Shown piece after piece: positions 39,086-52,203 of a DNA stretch of 64,000 bases. Position 1 is the stretch's first letter. Each line of letters begins with the position of its first letter. The DNA comes from Octopus bimaculoides. Taxonomy: Eukaryota. The translations under genes were made by a program, and so were the position numbers. The notes under the pieces are model-generated. The model had not been told where the DNA came from, searched no databases, and worked only from the letters and a program-made list of their open reading frames with translations. Location of the stretch: positions 28,697,498 through 28,761,497 of the forward strand of contig NC_069003.1 of the NCBI RefSeq assembly GCF_001194135.2, in the 5' to 3' direction.

Positions 39086-39545
39086 TTGTGATAAACAATG
39101 TATAAATTTAAACTTTGGTTCCTCATATTACTTTTTACAAGACAAAAAGTAATGTTATTAATTATTATTCATGACTTTTGTATTACCAAGTAGTAACCTC
39201 TTTGCAATGAATAGGTCACTTTATAGAGTTTAGTGATTGAAATAATCTATCTATAGAGATGATTATATTTGTGATATCACAAATATTCTGTATGATAATT
39301 CCAACAGTTTAGCATAACTAGCAAATGTAAAAAAGATAAATATTCCAAGATATGACAATATAATAGAATATATATAATCTTACAACACACACTGAATTCG
39401 ATAAAGTTTCATAGACTTCAATAAAAAAAAGAGTATGAATAAAAACCATACTCTTCTTTGGAGATAAATCTATTCTTTATCATAAATCATATATACACAG
39501 AAAAACACTCGCTTATAGATATATTATCGAACACACAGACATAGA

Positions 39546-39584
<39 letters not shown>

Positions 39585-40168
39585 ACACTTTACATACAAA
39601 ACCAAATCCTATACATACACGATTTCTTTTATGTTTATAACTCGTTTTGAAGTTTTGGAAAATTTAATGTATTTATAAAAAAATATGTTTATCAAGAATA
39701 TTTCTGAATAATACCTTTGATCGACATAATCAACAAATCTTTTACATTGTTTTTTTTGATTTTCTTCTTCCTTTATTTTACATTCCCTTTTGGGAGGTAT
39801 GGGTGGGGTCGGTTGGGAATTGATAATATTGAACATTATTGATCTTTGGCTTCTGGTCCGTCTCACATCTAAGTATAAATAAGGTCTCCAGCGAAACAGA
39901 TTGACACGATCATGTTTAGTTTAAGTGTTCGGAACGCAATGGTAATTTAATTTGCTAGAATCTTATTTTCCCCTAGAGTTATGTTCCGATCAATAACTGT
40001 TTGTAGGTTCAATAAAATAGCGAAGTTTCAAAGTTTTCTTTTCGATATATATTCCACCATTTTCTCTTTGTCTTACTCAAACGTCTTATATATTGAGTGT
40101 GCCATGTATTTCACAGCGTGTCTTTTTATTAATATTTAGTAGTTTCATAACACTATTTAATGACGGTT

Positions 40169-40390
40169 TAAGGCGACCAGCTGGTAGAATCGTTAGCTCG
40201 CCGGGTTAAACGCTCAATGGCATTTCGTCCGCCTTTATTTTCTGAGTTCGAATTCCGCCCAGGTTGACTTTGCATTTCAAACCCTCGGAGCCGATAAAAT
40301 AAGAACCCGTTAAGCACTGGGGTTGATGTAATCAACTTGCACCTTTTCCCACCCGCAATTTCTGGCCTTGTGCCAAAATTTGAAATCAAA
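40169..40390 (+). mobile_element. SINE family A, full length
   Basis: AGCTGGTAGAATCGTTAGC..GAGTTCGAATTCCGCC..GATAAAATAAG..CTGGCCTTGTGCCAAAATTTGAAA. Confidence 0.88.
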
Positions 40391-40797
40391 TTTTATTGAC
40401 GTTCTTGAGGTACATTATGGAAATATATTATTTGAAAGCTTGGATGTTGGTTAGATACTGGTCCTAGTTTCGAATTCTGTTATCTAGTTTGTCATCACAT
40501 ATAATATCTAATATGAGAAATAGTAGCTAAATGTCTCTCCAAACACCTTATCTGCTTTACTAAAACAACGTCATTGCGTGTAAAGATGTTTGTCGTCGAT
40601 ATACTCTTAAAATAGGATGGTTACTTCTTAAACTGGAGCGTCTTTTATCATATGTCTGGTCTATCAGGAATGACTAGGGGTACAAGCACAACAATACTAG
40701 TGTTCGTCTTTCGCTGGCACAATGAGCTGCTATAGATCATAATGTACCATAGTGTGTATACATGTGAGCAGGTACCACATGTGAACTTGTATTCCCA

Positions 40798-41073
40798 ATG
40801 AAATTCCGAACATGGACCTGTACACCTCAACAGCGAATGACTTCTGCGTTTACGGCGTCAGTACTGTCGGACGTACTTGCCCTCCAAGTGGAGCATTTGT
40901 CGGATATGTCAGCAGAATATTTTGGGCCGCAAGGAGGGGCATTACGTTATCTGCTGGAAGGTTAGGGCCAACTGACAGATGTAGTCAGAATTCGTGAGAG
41001 ACATGATGAACTTGATGGTCGGAGCCGACTCGACTCATCACAGATGAATACCGCTGCTAGTTCGAGTAGGTGA
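40798..41073 (+). pseudogene. GC-rich coding-like segment interrupted by one TAG; identity unknown
   Basis: 55 codons, TAG at 40963, 35 codons, TGA: MKFRTW..VLSDVLALQVEHLSDMSAEYFGPQGGALRYLLEG*GQLTDVVRIRERHDELDGRSRLDSSQMNTAASSSR. Confidence 0.25.
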
Positions 41074-43201
41074 CAACAACAACAACAACCAATAACAATA
41101 ACAACAAGTACTGCAACAACTATTTGAATGAACCGACATTGGGAAAACGTTTATGTGGTCTCTCCACCTACTCGAACAGCGACTTTGTTTCATCTATGCA
41201 AAACAATATCGCTTGCAGTGAGACAAACAGGTGCCACGGACATTATACTGTTTGATACAATGCAAGGCATGTGGTCCCCTACAGCTATGTTCCAGAATAT
41301 CTTAATTGAAACTAAACAACAATAGCCGTTTTCATAATGATTTTAGAAGATGAAATGTTTGTGATATTACAAAAAAAAAAAAAAAAAAAAAAAAAGAAAC
41401 AATTTCATTTACATTTAAAGAGAATTGAAATTACTTGAATTAGATTCTGACAAATACTACCAACGTTGCATTAAATTTCAGAGCTGTAATTAAATGACAA
41501 CTGACTTCATCTGAATTTCTGTTAAAACTGGAATAATTATATCATGGAATAGTCCGTTCTCACCATTCAACATCACATAAAGGCTGTTAGAATCACCTTC
41601 GTTTTATCAATATCAGATGTTCTTGCAGACGCAATATGATATGCAAATGAAATAATCGCAGTAGTCACTCGTCCACAGGGGGGTACTTAATGATTAGACT
41701 ATCCTTGATTGTATGTTTGTGCAAGGCAATCTTTTGGTCGTAATAAGAAAAATATACGAACTCAAATTATTTAAAATCTAAACCTCAATTGAGTATAAGT
41801 ATTTTCCTGAGAAGCATTTAATAGACATATAAATAAATCACAAATATGTCTGCCGTTTGTTGTTAAAAGCAAATCTTAAAAAGAAAAAAAGAAACAGAGA
41901 GAAGAAATAGAAATTTTACTACTAATTCATATAATCAGACAGCCATTGAATTATGAATATTGTCTATATTATAGCAAAGATACATTTTTTAAAAGTAAAA
42001 GACGGTAACTTACTTGTGTTTACATCGATTTAACATATCGAATTATTAGTTTAAATTTATGAATGTAGACACAAAATGGGTCACACTCTTCGATGGCTAG
42101 AAGTAAAAGGAAGCGAGTTCAAAGACATAAAAGAAGATAGGAAAATATTTCTGTTCATCGACTCACGAAATTTGAGAGAGAGAAAAGGAAACAGCAAAAT
42201 GAAACGAAGAACCAACAAAAATATATTGATTTCTTTCATATGCAGAAGGTCACATATTGATATCTGGCGGGATATCCTATTGTGATTCTCATGTTTTGCT
42301 CATGAGAGAGGGTTATTATTGATGTAAGAGAAGTGGACAATGTTTTCATTATTGACCTAGAATATTGGCAGATCTGCATTTGTTATATCACGTCAAAGTA
42401 CAGCTGATGCTTCTGGTAAAGGCTTTGAAAATATAGAAATTTGAGAAATTAGGTTGAATTATTAAGTTAAGACCATGAATGTTAGGTAAAGACTTTACTT
42501 CATAATTTTCTGTCCATCATTATGTAAAGATTTCTCGATTCATCTAAATAAGTTGTATACTTGTTCATATTTGGCATAATGTGAAACTCACATCGTTGGT
42601 TATAGGTTTCCAAAGAGACTATCACAAATTTTCTACACTAACTACAGTGAGGTTAAAAGTAGATTTTCATTTCTAAGATCGTATGATATTTTCTCCTCGT
42701 TGATATAAATGGCCAAAAGACATAAGAAACACGTATATCTATCTATCTATCTGTCTGTTTGTTTGTCTGTCCATCAACGTTTAGATATACTAATATGCAT
42801 ATGATATACACAAACGCACGTACACTTATTCTTATAGATGTGACAAAGCCACCATAAACCATGTAAGCAACAAACCATAATCAATTTTAATCCTACGAAA
42901 AATAGAAATAGAAATAGAAATACAAAGAAGGGCAGCTTACGAACTCAGATACTCAACATACAAAAGATTCACACACAGCATGTACATGAAACATAAATGC
43001 ATCAGCAGGTGCCTGACAAATACTGTTATGGTCTTGATACTGAACAGTACCATTTCCTAAGGCGGCGTCAGCAGCGTTCAGAACACAAATGCTGCATTTA
43101 AGCGGTCGGAGAACGTTAACACAATATATACATATACAGCGCGTCTTTTGTGGTGGGTAGGGGTGCTCGAGGAGATATCCCTGCAGTAAGCAGCAACTCA
43201 C

Positions 43202-43279
43202 ACAAGATGTTTGGTTGATCTGGTGGTGGTTAGGGGGAGTGTAGGAGGTGTTGGTGAACGAGGTGGAAGATAGAGTTCT
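43202..43279 (-). CDS. Candidate 78-bp internal exon of an unidentified host gene
   Basis: Strong acceptor ttttctctcttttttctttaattcactccctag| and consensus donor |gtgagt. Length is divisible by 3; open as ELYLPPRSPTPPTLPLTTTRSTKHL (phase 2) or RTLSSTSFTNTSYTPPNHHQINQTSC (phase 0). Confidence 0.45.
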
Positions 43280-43673
43280 CTAGGGAGTGAATTAAAGAAA
43301 AAAGAGAGAAAACAGCAAGTTGTTTTTTTTTTAAAGATGACCACACTAGTCTGCAAAAAATATCTTAAGCATGCTATGTTGGAAGAAAAAGAATTAATAT
43401 ATATAAGAAAAAAGAATTAATATAATATAATATAAGTAAGATATATTTTTATCTTGCTAAATAACTTGAAACCATGGTACAGAGTATAGACTGGTAAAAG
43501 TTTTTATTTTTCATTCTCTTTCGAAATTATCCCTATTTTTGTGGTATAGAGTTTTTTGCTGCTCTTTCTAGCGGGTTAGATGTCCTATTATAGGCATCAC
43601 TGTATTTTAATGAATAATATATATATAGTCTACTGACTAATTTTTATTCTTGCTGCCCTATGATTTATTAATG

Positions 43674-43716
<43 letters not shown>

Positions 43717-43732
43717 ATATATATATATTATA

Positions 43733-43884
43733 AGCGCAAGAGTGGCTGTGTGATAAGTAGCTTGCCTACCAACCACAGGGTTCAGTTCCACTGTGTGGCA
43801 CCTTGGCCAAGTGTCTTCTACTATAACCTCGGGCCGACCAAAGCCTTGTGAGTAGATTTGGTAGATGGAAACTGAAAGAAACCA
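43733..43884 (+). mobile_element. SINE family B, 5' half with Pol III boxes
   Basis: A-box TGGCTGTGTGA, B-box-like GGGTTCAGTTCC, then GGCACCTTGGCCAAGTGTCTTCTACTATA..GTGAGTAGATTTGGTAGATGGAAACTGAAAGAA. Confidence 0.85.
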
Positions 43885-44748
43885 CCAACTGCTCACACAT
43901 ACACCTTTCTTACCTTCTTATCTCTTCTTTCTATCCCTCCTCCTATTCCTTTTGTCGATTGATAACTCTCCTACTTATAATATCCTGAGCAGCATCTAAC
44001 ACTCATTTTTTTTTATTTTTGTCTTTTTCTTATTGTATTTCCTTCCCTACATCTACTCTAGTTGTTAAGAATACTCCCTTAATTCCTTTAACCAATACCA
44101 CTCTCTCCCGTACATACTTCTTTCTTCCTTCTAGTATTCTTATCTATTCATTTCTCTCTATACCTACTTCCCTTTACCAGTATAATTCTCAAAATCTATT
44201 CATACAAGATCCTTTTGTATGAACGCCACGTGGAATTAATATCTACAAACTGTCCATTTGAAATAACATCATTTGAATTCATATCGAACTTTACATGGAC
44301 AGGAAGCCTCTTTATCCATTCTACACAACACATTTCTTGGACAAAAGAAAATCAGCTTTAGCATCCAATATGTATTTCTATTTTCATATTTTCTTTTTAT
44401 ACCTTCAGCATTATATCTCATTTCTTGTATATCTCATTCCTTGTATATCTGTCCCACTATAAAAAATGAACTCTACTAATTCCTTCCATCGAAGTTCTTT
44501 TAACTCGTCTATGATGCTGGGATATCATTTATTTCCCTGAAATAACTATAAGACCACATTTCTATTTATAAATGTCCTAGGAATATCAAATTGCATTGAC
44601 CTTTTTATCTTATTTTATCTAACATATACTCATACACGACCTGCCTTAGATTGGTCACTCATGCAATTATTTAACCGGGAGCTTAAGACTGGTCCTTCCG
44701 TAACATTTACATAGCCTTACTTGGCTTTTGGGTCTACCAAAACATCTC

Positions 44749-44806
<58 letters not shown>

Positions 44807-44937
44807 AATATATATGCATACGTACATGCATATGTATGCATATATATACATATATAAATACATACATACATACATACATAAATATATACATACATATATA
44901 TATACATACATACATACATACATACATACATACATAC

Positions 44938-46609
44938 ATTTACCGATAGTATAGCAACGTCAATAAAACACAGAACTTGCAATCAAAGACTTAATGCAAT
45001 CATAAATGAATATCATTCAATTGCACTAATTTAAGCGAAATATATTTGAAACAATAGTAATTAAAATCAATTATCCTCGGAAGGTGTTAGTTTCTCAGCT
45101 CTGTTAGAAACAGGAATCTCTAAACAACGTATAAGTAAATATAAAATAACTAATATGTTGTAATCATCTATGAAATAAATTAAAAAGGGAGTTGCATAGA
45201 TAAATTTTACAGGAATATATCATAGAAAAAACCCCCAAAATGTGCGAAATTAAGGAAGCGAGACAGGAGATTCATGCGCAATAAAAGTTAGAGAGAACGA
45301 TAAGAAACATGAAATTTTTGAGCAAATTATTAAAATATTTGATTTCAAAGTAGGTAGATTTTACTAAAAAGTGGGAGAAAAGCAAAACAGAAAAATAATT
45401 TTAAGAGTGGTATACATGATGAGGATATTAAGATAGATTTATAATTTCTGTATAAGTGTGCCGATTAGACTTAAACATATGCTGCAAGGAATCTAGAAAT
45501 GTTAAGCCTCTGAACTTGGTCTCATGAAAATTTTGAACAAAATGTGACAGAGATAGAAAGTGGTACCAGCATTGCTAGAAATAAGAGTCAAAATAACGAC
45601 TCTTATTTCTAGCAATTCTGGTACCAATTTGTACCCTCTGTCTACGTCCTCGCAAATTATTGGGTCGACAAAAAGAACCTACTCAGTAAATAGCTGGCTT
45701 AAGACGTTATCACATGCGGCAATTTATTCGCCACCAAGGCAGTACTCCAGCATGGTCACAGACCAGTGACTGAGACCAGTAACTGATAACACGGGAAAAT
45801 TATTAGCTCAGTTGTATTTACTTTAAAAACAGATGTATGGTTCCCAGACACGACAACCGAATGGTAATGCATTGAAAACTACATTGGCATCTTTGAGGAT
45901 TCTTTAGAATTTCACATTTGGACATAGAAAATCACTGCTAACCTGATCCATAGTTATTCTCAAAACGTTTCACGAAACCAAATTTAGAAGCTTAACGCTT
46001 CCAGGCTCTTTGCAGCATATTCTTAACTTTAATCAGCAAGATCTGTGTTTGTATCTACAGAAATTATTATCTGTACTGCTTTCTTTACTATCTACACCTC
46101 TCCCAAAATGTTTCTAATGATCTCTCTCTTGGTTCAGCGTATTTCTATTATTTGTTTTCTCCCAATCCATAATCGAATCTATCTGCGTTGAAATCAAATA
46201 CTTAATTAATTTGCTCAAAAATTTGACGTTGCTTTCCGTTCTCTCTAACTTTTATTGCGCATGAATCTCTTGTCTTACATCCATAACTCGAACTCAGCAT
46301 ATTTCAGTTCTTTCTTTTTTCTATAATATATTAATGTAAACTTTATCTATGCAACTCCCTTTTTAATTTATTTCGTAAATGATTAAAACATATTATTTTA
46401 TTTTATATTTATTTACACTTTGTTTAGAGATTCCTGTTTCTAGCAGAGCTGAGAAAGTAACACCTTCCGTGCATAATTGATTTTAGTTACTATTGTTTCG
46501 AGTATATTCCGCTTAAACTTGTGCAATTGAATGATATTCTTCAGTGATTACATTAAGTCTTTGATTGTAAGTTCTGTGTTTTATTGACGTTGCTATCCTA
46601 TCGTTAAAT
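44938..46609. mobile_element. Long foldback / inverted duplication, arms about 44938-45545 and 45955-46609
   Basis: The outer 120 bp are about 89% complementary by manual count (13 mismatches). Similarity continues inward with indels, e.g. GAGATTCATGCGCAATAAAAGTTAGAGAGAACG and ATATGCTGCAA. Confidence 0.88.
45660..45782 (+). mobile_element. SINE/LINE 3' tail fragment in the foldback spacer
   Basis: AAGGCAGTACTCCAGCATGGTCACAGACCAGTGACTGAGACCAGTAA resembles the shared tail. Confidence 0.6.
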
Positions 46610-46642
46610 TTATTTGCTGCTCTAGCGGAAAGCATTCTTCTT

Positions 46643-46719
<77 letters not shown>

Positions 46720-46770
46720 ACTGGTGCTGCTGCTGCTGGTGGTGCTGCTGCTGCTACTGTTGGTGCTGCT
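46643..46770. repeat. Compound (CTA)n-(CTG)n microsatellite
   Basis: Read directly; explains the poly-Ala/poly-Val ORF 46593-46913. Confidence 0.95.
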
Positions 46771-46805
46771 ATAATAAAAAAATAATAATAATTATCATTA
46801 TTATT

Positions 46806-47290
46806 GTTGAGTGAGAGAGCAGTGCATGCCATCAAAGTGACACTGGGGTAAAATATACGAAGCCCATTATATCCATCATGACCACTCGTCTGATAAGGGT
46901 ACACCAGGCACATGCATCAAAACCACATATGCACGACATGGTGATCTCATATCAAGATAAACAGCACATGACCTCGCAGGTGGGGCCCAGTTAGAATTTT
47001 CTTCAGGTCGAGTAGCCTGAAGAAATTCTGCTCAAAAGGTCCCTGAATAAGGTTTGTTTAAGGATGTTGAGCAAAACACCCATGCTTCCATAGGTGAATT
47101 ATTCAAACCCCAAAGAATTCCTCTCAACACATGACTATGATGCTTCCCCACTACTTCTGCTCATGATCAGAGATGCACATATCTTCAGCCACTAAGGGAC
47201 ATGCTCAACTGGTTAAGGTCAAACAACTGACAAGCAAATCTCTAGTATTAAGCAGAATATTTGCTGTAGCCCATCTTTTATACCAAGACT
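46806..47290. repeat. GC-richer ~480-bp block, probable interspersed repeat of unknown class
   Basis: Sharp compositional edges between a microsatellite and a SINE, no ORF, and only one copy in the window. Confidence 0.35.
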
Positions 47291-47362
47291 TCAACTAGTG
47301 ACTTGTCAACATGTGCAAATACAAAACAAAAGCCAAACATATAATAATAATAATTTCTGTTT

Positions 47363-47560
47363 TAGGCACAAAGCCTGAAATGTTGGGGCAGCGTTTAAGT
47401 TGATTGCATTGACCCCAGTGCTTGACTGATACTTTTATCGTTCCCGAGCATGAAAGGCAAAGTCAACCACGCCGGAATTTGAGCTCAGAACGTAGCGACA
47501 GTTGAAATGCCGATAAGCAGTCCGTACTGCGTGCTAATGATTCTGCCATCCCGCCGCTTT
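47363..47560 (-). mobile_element. SINE family A, full length
   Basis: AGGCACAAAGCCTGAAATGTTGGGG..GAAAGGCAAAGTCAACC..GGAATTTGAGCTCAGAACGTA..GCTAATGATTCTGCC. Confidence 0.85.
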
Positions 47561-47576
47561 AATGATGATGATGATG

Positions 47577-47632
<56 letters not shown>

Positions 47633-48239
47633 TAACTCGCCAAGATCCTTGTTATCTATGAAAACTTCTATGGGTTGTTATTCGATGCATCTCTGGTTTT
47701 TCTTTCCAGACAAAAACCATTTGATGTATTTCCCAAACCACTAATAGGAAACGATAATGGAGACTGCGCTCTTTGCGATTTATGCAATTCCTCAGTTGCT
47801 GCTATAATTGGTATTCAGTTTCACTATAATCATCTCAATACCTTCACAGAATTGCTAGATCCTAAAAATCTTTACTTCCTAAAGATTATTAAGAAGCTTT
47901 TGTTTTACGAATATATTGTGATTAAAATAAATCCGATTTATCACAATGCCATTGTGTCTTTATTCATTTGTCATTTGTGTAATCTTAGTCCAATTATTAT
48001 TAGTTTTAACCGTCAACTTTAAAGTTAATACAAACGTAATAGAAGATGAAGGTCAAAGTAAAATTCTCCTTCCTGTATTCTACGCAGTCTGCTTCAAATC
48101 TCATTTTCTGCATAGTCAACACCCATATAATAACGAAACTTACTTTGCTCGTCATTATATAACAAAGGACAAAACATTAAGTATAATACGTAAGTGCTAG
48201 AAAGCAAATATTTTGTGCCAGGAAATCTTTTCTAAATTT

Positions 48240-48279
<40 letters not shown>

Positions 48280-49264
48280 NNNNNNNNNNNNNNNNNNNNN
48301 NNNNNNNNNNNNNNNNNNNNNNNNNNNNNNNNNNNNNNNNNNNNNNNNNNNNNNNNNNNNNNNNNNNNNNNNNNNNNNNNNNNNNNNNNNNNNNNNNNNN
48401 NNNNNNNNNNNNNNNNNNNNNNNNNNNNNNNNNNNNNNNNNNNNNNNNNNNNNNNNNNNNNNNNNNNNNNNNNNNNNNNNNNNNNNNNNNNNNNNNNNNN
48501 NNNNNNNNNNNNNNNNNNNNNNNNNNNNNNNNNNNNNNNNNNNNNNNNNNNNNNNNNNNNNNNNNNNNNNNNNNNNNNNNNNNNNNNNNNNNNNNNNNNN
48601 NNNNNNNNNNNNNNNNNNNNNNNNNNNNNNNNNNNNNNNNNNNNNNNNNNNNNNNNNNNNNNNNNNNNNNNNNNNNNNNNNNNNNNNNNNNNNNNNNNNN
48701 NNNNNNNNNNNNNNNNNNNNNNNNNNNNNNNNNNNNNNNNNNNNNNNNNNNNNNNNNNTATACATGTAGGCATGTATTTATGTATGTGCGCGTGCGTGCA
48801 TATATTTGAAGCGAAGATTCTTTTCTATGTCTGTTTCTTGCCGGATGTCACACCCTTTTCATTGTAGAAAGACTGTGATAATAAAAATGTTGTAGTGTTA
48901 TAGCATGATTCAAATTTTCCGCTCGTTTCTATACCAATATCCGATTAGTTTATCGCACAAAATCCATTTTCATGATACTACATAATTGTTAGTTCCTTAG
49001 GAATTAAAATACAGATGTTTTCCTTTCTCATGAAGACATGATATTTATCGACTGGTTATGGGTGTTATTGTTCAGTTGAAATTGTGTGTGCCATTCAAAT
49101 ATGTAAAAGCGTATGTATATATATTTGTATATGTATGTATGTGTGTATGAATGTATGTATTTATGTGTGTACATATATATACATACACATATGCATACAT
49201 ATACATATTTGTGTATATATGTATCTACATATATGTATAAGTATATGTGTGCGTGAGAGATTGT

Positions 49265-49760
49265 GTGTGGAAAACTTTTGATGAAGATCACCTTGAACAC
49301 GAAAGTTTAAAAAGTTGACTTTTGAGGGGATTTTGGTGAGAACCTCAAAGTAATTCTAAACTGTTAGAGTTGTGAAACGTGTGGCCGTGTACTCCTTTCC
49401 AACGGTGGATATGTCAACCATCTGAATTCCCATAAAAGATTAAAAGTATGCTATTAAGGTGGGCGAATCCTACGTGTGTGGTGTTCGAAAGGGCTTTCAG
49501 ATCGATTTCGGGTCTCAACGGACATAGGATTACATCTTCCAAGTCCGTTTGATCAATTCAGTGGAAGTTACAACATTCGTCTGGCACCTATACTTAAAGC
49601 CAGATGTGCTGTAAGTCTGCATAGTGACCTGAGAGATCGTAGACGCAATCTCACAAATGCCGTTGAGACGAAAATTATCTGTGCAGCTGGAATATCACCA
49701 TATGTATATATCGCTAGTAGTTCATATATCCGACAAGCGAGGCACACTCTAAGTCATTGA
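49265..49760 (+). mobile_element. RTE-like LINE 3' fragment with C-terminal C2H2-type finger
   Basis: WKTFDEDHLEHESLKS*LLRG, then after a frameshift CETCGRVLLSNGGYVNHLNSH (C-x2-C-x12-H-x3-H, 49371-49433), as at RTE-clade ORF2 C-termini. Confidence 0.6.
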
Positions 49761-49784
49761 AACAATAATATAGTTTTTAGGAAC

Positions 49785-49990
49785 GGTGGTGAGCTGGTAC
49801 AAAACGTTAGCACGCCGGGCGAAATGCTTAGCAGTATTTCGTGTGTCTTTACGTTATGAGTTCAAATTCCACCGAGGTCATCATTTCGGGGTCGATAAAT
49901 TAAGTACCAGTTGCTTACTGGGGTCGATCTCATCGATTAACTCCCTCCCCTAAAATTTCGGGCCTTGTGCCGAGAGTAGAAAAGAATATT
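49785..49990 (+). mobile_element. SINE family A, first unit of a head-to-tail pair
   Basis: GAGCTGGTACAAAACGTTAGCACGCCGGGCGAAATGCTTAGC..GAGTTCAAATTCC..GGGCCTTGTGCCGAGAGTAGAAAAGAA. Confidence 0.9.
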
Positions 49991-50004
49991 ATTTATTTAC
50001 ATAT

Positions 50005-50225
50005 AAGGCGGCGCGCTGACAGACACTTTAGCGCGCTGGCCGAAATGTTTAGTGCTATTTCGTCTGTCTTTACGTTATGGGTTTCAATTCTGCCGAGGTC
50101 GACTTTGCCTTCCATCCTTTCAGAGTCGATAAATTAAGTATCAGTTGCGTACTGGAGTTGAGCTAATCGAGTGGCCCCTTCACCGAAAATTTCAGGCTTT
50201 GTGCCCAGAGCAGTAAAGAATATTT
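50005..50225 (+). mobile_element. SINE family A, second unit of a head-to-tail pair
   Basis: GGCGGCGCGCTGACAG..CGAGGTCGACTTTGCC..GATAAATTAAGTATCAGTTGCGTACTGG..GGCTTTGTGCCCAGAG. Confidence 0.9.
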
Positions 50226-50965
50226 TTATTCCACCGAATCGAAAAGAATATCTTTTGGGAGGAAGATGAAAATAATAGCTGGTTATAGAATGACCATTTG
50301 GTTTCGCATCTGAGAAATATTTAGTTATCTCAATGCTTGTCCGTTAATATGAGCTGAAAACGTTCGAGTTCTTACGATTAGCTGTTTATTATTTATAGAG
50401 TAACCCCTTTATCCTCTAAAGAAACCCCGTGAAAGAATCTCTTCAGGAAGACAAAATATACAATAAGCATCAGCCAGTTTAAAAATATAATATAATCCAA
50501 AGGGTAAAATAATAATTTAAATACATACTCGTTTAAACATTAATATAATTTTGCGAATAGAAAAGAGTATTTCTGCACAAATAATATCGCACCAAATTCA
50601 TGTATTTTAATGTAAACATTTTATACAAAGGTGTACATATATACCTGCTTGAGGCATTCGATCACCATAAATTTAGATTTGCACCTAAAGTAGCTTCAGA
50701 GTGTGTTTTTCCTAAGTGTGAGTATGAAAGAGAAAGTAAACATATCTATAAGGTGGAAATTGAAAAAAGACACATGGACAACCGTCCCCGAAATTGAAAT
50801 AGATAGAAAACTCGGTATTTGGTGTATCTAATTTGCTTTTTATTACAGCCTATCATTTAATATCATATTATACATACATACATACATATATATATGTATA
50901 TATATNNNNNNNNNNNNNNNNNNNNNTATATATATGCACATCTGCTACATATCATATACATATCA

Positions 50966-51008
<43 letters not shown>

Positions 51009-51649
51009 ATATCACATATTGTCTTTAAATCAATCTATATGCATAAATCGTCTTTCCAGAAACAAAAGCACTATAATAAATAAAAAAACCTTATTGGTAA
51101 TGAATAATCTTTCTATTCTATTATTTAGAAAATAGATAAAGCCACATTATTAACTTGCTGAGGAGAAAAGAGTAAAAATTGAACATGCAAAGCATGAAAG
51201 AAGAAGACATTCCTGGATATCTTTCTTTTTTTATGATTCACATTTTACCATTCCATTGTAATTTAAAAGCATTTATAAAAATATTAAGGATATGAAAGCA
51301 ACGAAATGAACATACTTTACATTACATTACAAATATATGTATCCTGCTACTTTCATGTGTTAACTGCTATTGTTTCCTGATTACTACGCAGCATTGACAC
51401 TACTAAATATAGGAATAATTGACAACATTATTCTAATGCTTGACTAACATTCATAAAGAGAAAAAAATATCAGGCATGCATACACTTACAAAAAAAATGT
51501 CTATATGTGTTCATGCATATATGTTTGTATGTATGTAGGTATACATATCTACATTTATCCATTCATCAGCCTATCTCCCTGTTAGTCTATGTATGTATGT
51601 ATGTAAGTATGTATGTATGTATGTATGTATGTATCTATCTATCTGTCTA

Positions 51650-51696
<47 letters not shown>

Positions 51697-51982
51697 CTGA
51701 ATGAGTTTGTACACAGTCATATACACATACCTGTTTGTGCACCTGTATTCGTATATGTAAATATAAATTTTATGTATATTTATATATACACATACACATA
51801 CGTACATGGAGGAGGCGGAGAATAAACACACACTCGCACACTCATCAGCATATACTCATATATAGAACAGATCATTCATTCTGCCGTGCTGACGAGTCTC
51901 TCTTTTTTTGTTATTTAACAGTCGTATGAAAACCAATTAATTTTGAAACTCAGAACAGAGGAGAGTACATGCAAGAATATTA

Positions 51983-52203
<221 letters not shown>

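Noticed and set aside
42014-42096. Minus-strand segment with good acceptor and GTAAGT donor
   Set aside because: Stops in all three frames; at most a non-coding exon.
43900-44750. Strongly pyrimidine-skewed block, minus-strand WIKRLPVHV, possible decayed non-LTR ORF1
   Set aside because: A single short motif amid many stops; cannot be supported without a homology search.
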